Positions 52,225-60,498 of a stretch of 64,000 nt of DNA are shown here, in pieces. The notes below the pieces were generated by a model. That model ran no database searches. It was given only the letters and a program-made list of their open reading frames with translations, and had not been told where the DNA came from. The stretch is taken from assembly GCA_965215365.1 (NCBI GenBank), contig CBDCDS010000003.1, positions 864,001 to 928,000 of the forward strand. The letters are read 5' to 3'. Position 1 is the stretch's first letter, and the number at the start of each line of letters is the position of its first letter. Source of the stretch: Gammaproteobacteria bacterium (GTDB lineage Bacteria > Pseudomonadota > Gammaproteobacteria > Eutrophobiales > Eutrophobiaceae). A program made the translations under genes and the position numbers.

Positions 52225-53475
52225 TTACTTGCTACCATAAACCCTGCGGCTTTCGAACACTTTGGCGGGAAAGCGTTTACCGTTGTGGTGCAGCAGACGC
52301 TTGAGCATGAAATCGAACAGTATCGGGTTGTGCTGGCGCACTTCGTTTAATACCTGCGCGGCGGCTTTGTCCAGCAAGCCCCTGTGTTGCAGTTGTCGCA
52401 GTGAAATCAGCGGGATAACGCCGGGGATGGGATAATCCGAACCGTTTACCAGGCGGTTGTGCCAGGTTTCGGTTGCAAGCAGGGTTTGCAACACCGGCGC
52501 CGTGCGGTTGCGTTGGGTGACGGCCGAGATGTCGCCGAATAACCGGCCTTCGAAGCGCGGGTCGTTCAGCAAGCGTGCAAACAGGCTGAAATTGCTTACC
52601 TCGGGGCCGTTGGGTCCTTGATCGAGATCGTGGCCCTGCCCCAGCGAGGCGCAGTGCGCCACGATGACTTTCACGCCATGCTCTAAGGGCCGCCGCAACA
52701 GCAACGGGTTACCGTACTGCTGGCTGTTGCTGCCGTGCACTGCGTGTTCAGCGCCGCCGTGCGTCAGCAATGGCAGGTGCAGACGGGCCAGCGCGGCATA
52801 AAAATCGTCACAGCGGGCGGCGCCGGGGTTCATGCCCATGGCCGGGGGCAGCCACTTTACCGCCCTGGCGCCGGCGCTGCGGGCCTGCTCTAAGGCCTCG
52901 AGGGCATCCTCGCGATAGGGGTGCACCGAGGCCACCCATTCAAACTGCTGCGGGTAGTCCCGGTGCAGGCGCGCGGCCAGTGCGTTAGGGGTGTGGAACG
53001 CGCTCAGATCCAAGCGCCGCCGGCCGGACTCGTCGTAGCTGTAATCAAAGGCCAGCAGCAGGAACCGACTGGCCGCCGGGAAGCCTTGCCTGAGGGCCAG
53101 CAGGCGGGCCAGAAAACTCTCGTCCGCGTTATCCGCAACGGCGCAGGAGGCGTTCAGGAAAAAACGCGTGCGGGCATATTGCAGGGAATGCCAAAGCGAG
53201 GTCAGCGCCGGGTTGATCCAGGCGCCGCTGCCACTATCGCCCAGGCCCAGCAGATGTACATGTCCATCCCATACCTGCTCCGGGCGCAAGCCGGTAAACG
53301 CCTGTTGTACCAGCTCATGGTCAGCCAGGCGCGGTGGCAAGCGCGCCGGCCGGCAGGGGTTGAACAGGAGCGGGCCTGAGCCACAGGCGGCCAGCCCCAG
53401 ACAGCCCATGAGGGACAGGAAATGACGCCGCGACCCCGGCTTATGCTGAAGCCGCAGGGCGGTCTTGTGCTTCAT
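52225..53475 (-). CDS. Amidohydrolase-family protein with a twin-arginine lipoprotein-like signal
   Basis: SRRHFL...LAAC; DGHVH, THGG, AHCAS, NGSDYP; start uncertain. Confidence 0.85.
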   Translation of the reverse strand: MKHKTALRLQHKPGSRRHFLSLMGCLGLAACGSGPLLFNPCRPARLPPRLADHELVQQAFTGLRPEQVWDGHVHLLGLGDSGSGAWINPALTSLWHSLQYARTRFFLNASCAVADNADESFLARLLALRQGFPAASRFLLLAFDYSYDESGRRRLDLSAFHTPNALAARLHRDYPQQFEWVASVHPYREDALEALEQARSAGARAVKWLPPAMGMNPGAARCDDFYAALARLHLPLLTHGGAEHAVHGSNSQQYGNPLLLRRPLEHGVKVIVAHCASLGQGHDLDQGPNGPEVSNFSLFARLLNDPRFEGRLFGDISAVTQRNRTAPVLQTLLATETWHNRLVNGSDYPIPGVIPLISLRQLQHRGLLDKAAAQVLNEVRQHNPILFDFMLKRLLHHNGKRFPAKVFESRRVYGSK

Positions 53476-54220
53476 CCTCACTGCGGCGTTTGACAAACCG
53501 GCCCAGCAGCAGACCCAGTTCGAACAGCAACCACACCGGCACTGCCAGCAGCACCTGGGAGATAATGTCCGGCGGGGTCAGCAACATGCCGACGGTAAAC
53601 GCGCCGATGATGATATAGGCCCGTTTCTTAGCCAGTGCTTCCACCGTAGCCAGCCCGGTCCATACGAGCAGGATAATGGCGATGGGCACTTCAAAGGCGA
53701 GGCCGAAGGCAAAGAACATCTTGAGAATAAAGTTCAGGTAATGGCTGATGTCGGTCATTACCGTCACGCCGTCCGGGGCGGTTGAAGTAAGGAAGGCGAA
53801 CAACAGGGGAAACACGACAAAGAACGCGAACGCGCAACCCAGATAGAACAGCAACACGCTGCTGGAGATGAGTGGAAATACCAGCCGCCGTTCATTGTCA
53901 TACAGTCCCGGCGCCACAAAAGCCCAGGCCTGATATAACAGGTACGGCACGGAGATAAACACGGCGACAAAGAAGACCAGTTTGAACGGCGCCAGGAACG
54001 GCGCCGCCACTTCGGTTGCGATCATGCTGCTGTGCTCCGGCAGCTGCGCCAGCAGCGGGCCGGCGATGAGCGAGTAAATATCATTGGCGAACAGGCTGAG
54101 ACCGAGGAACACGACCAACACGCAAGCCAGACAACGCAGCAGCCTGTTACGCAGCTCGGCCAGGTGGGCGATTAAAGGCTGTTCCGTGTCGGTATCAGGA
54201 CCGGCGGCGCTCTCCGTCAT
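53441..54220 (-). CDS. tatC: Twin-arginine translocase TatC
   Basis: HLAELRNRL, FVAPGLY..E, FEVP, TPPD. Confidence 0.96.
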   Translation of the reverse strand: MTESAAGPDTDTEQPLIAHLAELRNRLLRCLACVLVVFLGLSLFANDIYSLIAGPLLAQLPEHSSMIATEVAAPFLAPFKLVFFVAVFISVPYLLYQAWAFVAPGLYDNERRLVFPLISSSVLLFYLGCAFAFFVVFPLLFAFLTSTAPDGVTVMTDISHYLNFILKMFFAFGLAFEVPIAIILLVWTGLATVEALAKKRAYIIIGAFTVGMLLTPPDIISQVLLAVPVWLLFELGLLLGRFVKRRSEDEAQDRPAASA

Positions 54221-54486
54221 GGGTCCTTGGTGACCTTGGTTTGGTCGTGCTGGTCCGGCGCGATGTCCAGCAGCTTGTCCATTTGTTCCACTTGCTCGGA
54301 AAACTCCCGTACCTCATCCACCCGCAGCTGCTGCTCGAACTCGTACTTGGCTCGCATCACATAACGGCGCAGCCGCGCCGTCCACCTGCCGACATCCCGC
54401 ACCAGTCCCGGCAGCCGTTCCGGGCCGGCGACCAGCAGCGCCACCACGGCTATGACCAGCAGTTCCCAGAAGCCGACATCAAACAT
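54217..54486 (-). CDS. tatB: Twin-arginine translocase TatB
   Basis: MFDVGFWELLVI...GPERLP. Confidence 0.93.
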   Translation of the reverse strand: MFDVGFWELLVIAVVALLVAGPERLPGLVRDVGRWTARLRRYVMRAKYEFEQQLRVDEVREFSEQVEQMDKLLDIAPDQHDQTKVTKDP

Positions 54487-54519
54487 GGGGGCGAACCACC
54501 TGCAAGAGCTGCGGGTTAA

Positions 54520-54829
54520 CCCGCATATCTCACCAAGTGATGCGAAGATCGCGCCAGATTTTTTGCGCCTGCGGGTGACTGCGAACGAAAGCATAGTGGT
54601 TCTCTGCTTGAGTGACAAATCGGCAGGACTGCCGATTTGCACGGCGTCAGCCGCCCGTAGGGTTGCGTCCATGGATGGACGCAATGAACAGGTGCCCGCA
54701 GGCGCAAAAAAGACCAGCGAGGGCGCATCAAGCGTAGTGTGTTATGCGGAAAGAGCAACAGTATTATCATAACTTATTGAGAGCCATCATGTTGCCTAAG
54801 GCAATAAGCGACTTGGTGAGATATGCGGG
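54520..54829. mobile_element. MITE family A between tatA and tatB, with an extra internal structured segment
   Basis: Perfect 19-bp TIRs CCCGCATATCTCACCAAGT / ACTTGGTGAGATATGCGGG; TTAA duplicated at 54516-54519 and 54830-54833. Confidence 0.9.
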
Positions 54830-55054
54830 TTAAGATGCAGCCGGCTTTCCTTGCCGGTCATCTTCCACCTCGCCTTTAATAACCTTGCCGTCTGCCGGGT
54901 CTTTGCCGCCGTCCGGTTCATCATCCTTGATGGCTTTGCGAAAGCCCTTGATGGCATTGCCCAGATCGCCGCCGATACTGCCCAGCTTTTTGGTGCCGAA
55001 CAACAGCGCGACAATCACCATAATGATGCCCAGTTCCCAGATACCAAAACTCAT
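54830..55054 (-). CDS. tatA: Twin-arginine translocase TatA
   Basis: [21 protein letters not shown]. Confidence 0.95.
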   Translation of the reverse strand: MSFGIWELGIIMVIVALLFGTKKLGSIGGDLGNAIKGFRKAIKDDEPDGGKDPADGKVIKGEVEDDRQGKPAAS

Positions 55055-55119
55055 GTTTCATCTCCTGTGGAAAAGTAATTACTTGGATTATGCCACAGCA
55101 CGCGCTAAAAGCGCCTGAC

Positions 55120-55452
55120 TCACGCCGGTTTCTCCTTGTTTGTTGTTCTGCTTGCCTTCTCTTCATGCCCGGAGGTACCGAAGCGACGCTCCAGTTCGGA
55201 CAGGACTTCGGCAGGATGGATATTCAGGTGGGATAACAGCACCAGGCTGTGAAACCATAGATCCGCGGTCTCATGGATGACGCGGTGTGCCTCGCCGCCG
55301 GTCGCCGCTTCGAGCAGTTCCCATGATTCCTCTTCTATTTTTTCCAGGATGCCAGCCCGGCCCCGCGCATGTAAAGAAGCAACGTAAGACTTTGACGGAT
55401 CAGCTTTTTTGCGATCTATCAGCACATCCGTCAATTCATAAATAATGTTCAT
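55120..55452 (-). CDS. hisE: Phosphoribosyl-ATP pyrophosphohydrolase
   Basis: SYVASL, ETADLWFH, ELERRFGTSG. Confidence 0.94.
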   Translation of the reverse strand: MNIIYELTDVLIDRKKADPSKSYVASLHARGRAGILEKIEEESWELLEAATGGEAHRVIHETADLWFHSLVLLSHLNIHPAEVLSELERRFGTSGHEEKASRTTNKEKPA

Positions 55453-55593
55453 TGGTGGTTCTCTCCCTTGCTTTTGCTATGCAAGTATTACCGGTCCCGG
55501 CCTTTTTACATCCCCCGACTGACGATATACCGGCGGGGTGTGTAGCGGCTTGATCATGACTGTTTGGTAACCTCTGAAAATGCCATCCTGGCG

Positions 55594-55995
55594 CTACCCG
55601 GTGTCCTTTTGGTAGATCTCTGCGGGAGCTTTGAGTACCGGGTCGGCCGCGTCCCAGCCCGAGGCTGTTGCGCGCAGGTAGAAACAACTTTCCCGACCGG
55701 TGTGACAGGCAATGCCCCCCTGCTGCTCAACGCGCAACAACAGCGCATCACGGTCGCAGTCCAGCCGTATCTCCTTGATCGTCTGCACATGGCCTGACTG
55801 CTCGCCCTTGCGCCACAATTTATTTCTTGAGCGGGACCAATATACCGCGCGCCCTTCCGCGCAGGTCAGGCGCAGGGCTTCCCGGTTCATCCAGGCCAGC
55901 ATCAATACCCGCCCGGTGACATGATCCTGGGCAACCGCCGGAGCCAGGCCGTCGGCGTTCCAGCGAACCTGATCGAGCCAGTCTGTATGGTTCAA
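55594..55995 (-). CDS. hisI: Phosphoribosyl-AMP cyclohydrolase
   Basis: YWSRSR..LWRKGE, DCDRD, ACHTG..SCF. Confidence 0.95.
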   Translation of the reverse strand: MNHTDWLDQVRWNADGLAPAVAQDHVTGRVLMLAWMNREALRLTCAEGRAVYWSRSRNKLWRKGEQSGHVQTIKEIRLDCDRDALLLRVEQQGGIACHTGRESCFYLRATASGWDAADPVLKAPAEIYQKDTG

Positions 55996-56765
55996 TGCCT
56001 CACCTCTATGCCATGTTGCGCCAGCTTGTGTTTGGCCTGGGCTACCGTGTATTCGCCGAAATGGAAAATACTGGCTGCCAGCACCGCATCGGCCTTGCCT
56101 ACGGTAATGCCTTCGACCAGATGGTCGAGCGTGCCGACCCCGCCGGACGCTATTACGGGGATGGCAACAGCCGCGCTTACCGCTCTGGTCAGGGGCAGGT
56201 CGAAGCCGTCCCGGGTGCCGTCCCGGTCCATACTGGTCAGGAGAATCTCACCGGCGCCGTAGCGGGTCATCCGTTGCGCCCAGGCCACGGCGTCGATGTC
56301 GGTTTCCCGGCGCCCGCCATGGGTGAACACGCGCCAGGCCAACGGCACGCCGGGTGCGCGCACCTGTTTGGCGTCTATCGCCACCACAATGCACTGGGAA
56401 CCGAACTCCCGGGTGGCGGCGCGCACAAACTCGGGATGGTTGACCGCGGCGGTGTTGATGCTGATCTTGTCGGCGCCGGCATTCAGCAGCCGCCGGATGT
56501 CATCTAAGCTGCGGATGCCGCCGCCCACGGTCAGCGGTATGAACACCTGGCCGGCCACGGCCTCCACCAGATGCAACATGGTATCCCGCTCCTCAGTGCT
56601 GGCGGTAATGTCGAGGAAGGCCAGTTCGTCGGCCCCCTGTTCGTCGTACCTGCGCGCCACATGCAGCGGGTCGCCGGCGTCCTTGATATCGACGAACCTG
56701 ACCCCCTTGACGACCCGGCCAGCGTCCACGTCCAGGCAAGGGATAATACGTTTGGCCAGACCCAA
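55992..56765 (-). CDS. hisF: Imidazole glycerol phosphate synthase cyclase subunit
   Basis: [21 protein letters not shown]. Confidence 0.96.
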   Translation of the reverse strand: MGLAKRIIPCLDVDAGRVVKGVRFVDIKDAGDPLHVARRYDEQGADELAFLDITASTEERDTMLHLVEAVAGQVFIPLTVGGGIRSLDDIRRLLNAGADKISINTAAVNHPEFVRAATREFGSQCIVVAIDAKQVRAPGVPLAWRVFTHGGRRETDIDAVAWAQRMTRYGAGEILLTSMDRDGTRDGFDLPLTRAVSAAVAIPVIASGGVGTLDHLVEGITVGKADAVLAASIFHFGEYTVAQAKHKLAQHGIEVRH

Positions 56766-57539
56766 TTAACTGCCGTCCCCGGTCACCGGCGCCGATTGTT
56801 CTGTTTGGCAAAGCTCATGCACCAGGTCGAGCGCCTGCTTTAAGTCCAGCGTGCCTTCATAGATGGCGCGTCCGGTGATGGCGCCGGCAATGCCCTCGCT
56901 GGCGACGGAACACAGGGCTTTGATATCCTCCAAGTCCCTGACTCCGCCAGAGGCTATCACCGGTATCGTCACCGCTCCGGCAAGCTGCACGCTGCTCTCT
57001 ATATTGACCCTGCTCAACATGCCGTCGCGACTGATATCGGTGAAAATGATCGCGGACACGCCGTCCTGTTCGAAGCGTTGAGCAATATCGATGACGTCAT
57101 GGTGCGACAATTTCGACCAGCCGTTGGTGGCCAGCTTGCCGTTTTTTGCATCCAGCCCGACGATGACGTGTCCGGGAAACTCCAGACAGATATCAGACAC
57201 GAAGTGCGGCGTAGTCACCGCCCGAGTGCCGATGATGACATAGTTGACCCCCACATCTAGGTAGGTCTGGATGGTGTCTTCATCGCGAATGCCGCCGCCG
57301 GCCTGAATTTCGATGTCGGGGTGTTCCTCGGCAATATCGTGGATGATGTCAGCGTTCACGGGGCGCCCGGACACCGCGCCGTCAAGGTCGATGATGTGCA
57401 ACCGCTGCGCGCCCAGCTCGATCCACTGCGCTGCCATTGCCACCGGGTCGTTGTTGTAAACGGTTTCCTCGCCCAGGTTTCCCTGGCGCAAGCGGACACA
57501 TTTGCCGTTTTTTATATCAATAGCAGGAATCAACAGCAT
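56766..57539 (-). CDS. hisA: ProFAR isomerase
   Basis: [27 protein letters not shown]. Confidence 0.96.
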   Translation of the reverse strand: MLLIPAIDIKNGKCVRLRQGNLGEETVYNNDPVAMAAQWIELGAQRLHIIDLDGAVSGRPVNADIIHDIAEEHPDIEIQAGGGIRDEDTIQTYLDVGVNYVIIGTRAVTTPHFVSDICLEFPGHVIVGLDAKNGKLATNGWSKLSHHDVIDIAQRFEQDGVSAIIFTDISRDGMLSRVNIESSVQLAGAVTIPVIASGGVRDLEDIKALCSVASEGIAGAITGRAIYEGTLDLKQALDLVHELCQTEQSAPVTGDGS

Positions 57540-57609
57540 GTATCACTTCCGTATCTGTAAAGGTCACCTCTATCACACGAGGTGACCGTGCAGCACAAGA
57601 TAACGTTTG

Positions 57610-60498
57610 TCAATGCGCCACATCCCAGTTGGCACCGCGGCCGATTTCAACAACCAGCGGCACACTGAGTTCGGCGGCGCCGGACATAAGGCGGCTTACC
57701 TCGCGCGCGCAGTCATCGGCCTCGTTTTCCCCCACTTCAAACACCAGTTCATCATGAACCTGCATAATCATCCTGATATTTTTTTCGGAACGCAACAGTT
57801 TTTTATCAATTTCGATCATCGCCCGTTTGATAATGTCCGCCGCGCTGCCCTGCATCGGCGCGTTAATGGCAGTGCGCTCTGCGTACTGGCGCCTGGACGC
57901 GCTGCGCGAGTTGATTTCCGGCAGGTACAAGCGACGCCGGAACAGCGTTTCCACATAACCGGTCTGCCTGGCGCGCAGGCGGGTGCTATCCATATATTCC
58001 TTGACGCCGGGGTAGCGTTCAAAATACGTCTCCACGTAGCGCCGCGCGGCGCGGCGGGTAATGCCTAATTGCCGGGCCAGACCAAACGCCGACATGCCGT
58101 AAATCAGGCCAAAGTTGATGGCCTTGGCGGCCCGGCGCTGTGCTGCGCTGACCTCGGCCAGCCCCACCCCGAACACCTCCGCGGCGGTGGCCCGGTGAAT
58201 ATCGCGGCCGGCCGCAAACGCCGCCAGCAAGGTGGCGTCGCCGGACAAATGCGCCATGATGCGCAGTTCAATCTGGGAATAGTCCGCCGCCAGTAACCGC
58301 TTGCCGGGCGCCGCGACGAAGGCCTGGCGTATCTTCCTGCCGGCCTCGGTGCGGATCGGGATGTTCTGCAAATTGGGGTCTGATGAGGACAACCTGCCGG
58401 TGGCAGCCACGGCCTGGTGATACGAGGTATGCACGCGACCGCTGACCGGGTTGACCTGTTGCGGCAAGCGGTCTGTGTAGGTGGATTTGAGCTTGCTGAC
58501 TTCGCGGTGGCTGAGGATCAGCGCCGGCAACGGGTGACCGTCTGCAGCCAGTTCCTGCAGCACGGCTTCAGCGGTAGAGGGTTCGCCCGTAGGCGTGGTG
58601 GCGCTGACCGGCAAACCCATCTTGTCGAACAGAATTTCCCGTATCTGCTTGGGTGAACCGATATTGAATTCCTGTTTTGCCTGCTGGTACGCCTGTTGTT
58701 CTATGGCCTGCGCCTGTTGCGCCAGTTCTGCGCCTTGGTGCGCCAACATATCAGTATCGATCATGACGCCGTTGCGCTCCATGCGCGCAAGCACTCGAGA
58801 GAGGGGTATTTCCACGCGCGTATACAGTTCACGCAGGCCCGGCTCCCCGCCTAGTTGCGGCCATAACGTGCGATGCAGGCGCAAGGTAATGTCTGCGTCC
58901 GCTGCCGCATAAGCAGCGGCTTGCTCAACAGGAACCCGGTTAAACGGAATCTGTTTGGCCCCCTTGCCGGCCACATCTTCATAGCGGGTGACGGATTTAT
59001 CCAGGTACTTCTGCGCCAGACTGCCCATATCATGGCGCGTGGCCACACTGTCCAGCACGTAGGATTGCAACATGGTGTCGTGGGCCGCGCCATTTAATTC
59101 AATGCCGTAGCCGATAAGTACATTGCGGTCGAACTTCAGGTTCTGCCCGACCGTGAGCGGCCGCGGCGCCTCCAGCAGTGGACGTAATTTTTCCAGCGCC
59201 TTGCGGCGCGAAATCTGCTTCGGCGCGCCGGCGTAATCATGCGCTAAGGGTACGTAAGCCGCGGCGCCGGGGTGCACGGAAAAAGACACCCCCACCAGTT
59301 CCGCGCGCAGGTAATCCAGATCGGTGGTTTCCGTATCGAATGCGAACACCTCGGCCGCGGCCAGTTTGTCAATCCAGCGCTCTAATTGCTCCACGGTCAG
59401 GACGGTTTCATATTTTTCTGTCGTTGGAGTTGCGGCTACTGCCGGCATCATGGCGCCGGCCGGCTCACCAAACAGGTCTTCGCCGTCGCGACGCATTGTT
59501 TCAGCCAGCGTCTCCTCCTCGGCCTGCTCGTGGCTATACTCAGCGGACGACCCTGGCACGGATGCGAGCGCGGGCTGCGGCTGGTCCTGTGGTTTGGGGC
59601 GCTGCGGCGCGACCGCAGTCGCGCCGGACTCGGCCTGACCAGTGCTGTTGAGTTCCGGTAACCAGCTGCGAAAGCCCCAGCGCCGGTAATGTTCCCGCAG
59701 CGCCGTCTGGTCCTGAGCGGCGATCACCAGTTGTTGCGGTTGCACCGGCAGGTCCAGGTTGTCTCTGAGGGTTACCAGATCCTTGCTCATGGGAATCTGC
59801 TGCAGGTGCGCGCGCAGGTATTCCCCGACCTTACCGGGAAAGCTGTCCGCATTGGCGACGATGGTAGCTAAGCTGCCATGCTGCGTGAGCCACTTGACCG
59901 CAGTCTTGGGCCCGACCTTGGGAATCCCCGGCACGTTGTCCGAGGTATCACCGATCAAGGTCAGGTAATCGACGATGCGCTCCGGCGGCACCCCGTATTT
60001 TTCGATGACCCCGGCGCGATCAAAGCGGGTATTGTTCATGGTATTGATCAAGTGGATATCGTCATTGACGATCTGCGCCAAGTCCTTATCGCCAGTGGAC
60101 ACCAGGGTTCTCAGCCCGGCCTGCTGCGCGCGCGCGGCCAGAGTGGCGATAACGTCGTCGGCTTCCACCTCATCAATCAGCAATAACGGCACCCCCAACG
60201 CCCGGATGATCTCATGCAAAGGCCGGATCTGTGCCACTAAGTCCGGCGGCGCCGGCGGCCGGTTGGCCTTGTACTCGGGATAAATGTCGTTACGAAAACT
60301 CTTGCCCTTGGCATCGAACACCACCGCAAAATAATCCGGCCGCTCGGCCTTGAGCAACTTGCGCAACATGTTCACCACCCCGAAAATAGCCCCGGTCGGC
60401 TCCTTGTCCGCATTCGTGAGGCCCGGCATGGCGTGGTAGGCTCGGAACAGGTAATAAGAACCGTCTACTAAGGTGAGGAGTTTTTTGGGGGTGGTCAT
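57610..60498 (-). CDS. polA: DNA polymerase I
   Basis: 5'-3' exonuclease (VDGS, EADD), FDTET, polymerase motifs DYSQIELR, KAINFGLIYG, QVHDELV. Confidence 0.98.
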   Translation of the reverse strand: MTTPKKLLTLVDGSYYLFRAYHAMPGLTNADKEPTGAIFGVVNMLRKLLKAERPDYFAVVFDAKGKSFRNDIYPEYKANRPPAPPDLVAQIRPLHEIIRALGVPLLLIDEVEADDVIATLAARAQQAGLRTLVSTGDKDLAQIVNDDIHLINTMNNTRFDRAGVIEKYGVPPERIVDYLTLIGDTSDNVPGIPKVGPKTAVKWLTQHGSLATIVANADSFPGKVGEYLRAHLQQIPMSKDLVTLRDNLDLPVQPQQLVIAAQDQTALREHYRRWGFRSWLPELNSTGQAESGATAVAPQRPKPQDQPQPALASVPGSSAEYSHEQAEEETLAETMRRDGEDLFGEPAGAMMPAVAATPTTEKYETVLTVEQLERWIDKLAAAEVFAFDTETTDLDYLRAELVGVSFSVHPGAAAYVPLAHDYAGAPKQISRRKALEKLRPLLEAPRPLTVGQNLKFDRNVLIGYGIELNGAAHDTMLQSYVLDSVATRHDMGSLAQKYLDKSVTRYEDVAGKGAKQIPFNRVPVEQAAAYAAADADITLRLHRTLWPQLGGEPGLRELYTRVEIPLSRVLARMERNGVMIDTDMLAHQGAELAQQAQAIEQQAYQQAKQEFNIGSPKQIREILFDKMGLPVSATTPTGEPSTAEAVLQELAADGHPLPALILSHREVSKLKSTYTDRLPQQVNPVSGRVHTSYHQAVAATGRLSSSDPNLQNIPIRTEAGRKIRQAFVAAPGKRLLAADYSQIELRIMAHLSGDATLLAAFAAGRDIHRATAAEVFGVGLAEVSAAQRRAAKAINFGLIYGMSAFGLARQLGITRRAARRYVETYFERYPGVKEYMDSTRLRARQTGYVETLFRRRLYLPEINSRSASRRQYAERTAINAPMQGSAADIIKRAMIEIDKKLLRSEKNIRMIMQVHDELVFEVGENEADDCAREVSRLMSGAAELSVPLVVEIGRGANWDVAH

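Noticed and set aside
54487-54770. N-terminal extension of TatB and small ORFs such as 39468-39755 and 54516-54770
   Set aside because: They are read through MITE A sequence; TatB begins at MFDVGF.
59420-59650. Intein in polA
   Set aside because: No Cys/Ser start, no His-Asn end and no homing endonuclease motifs.
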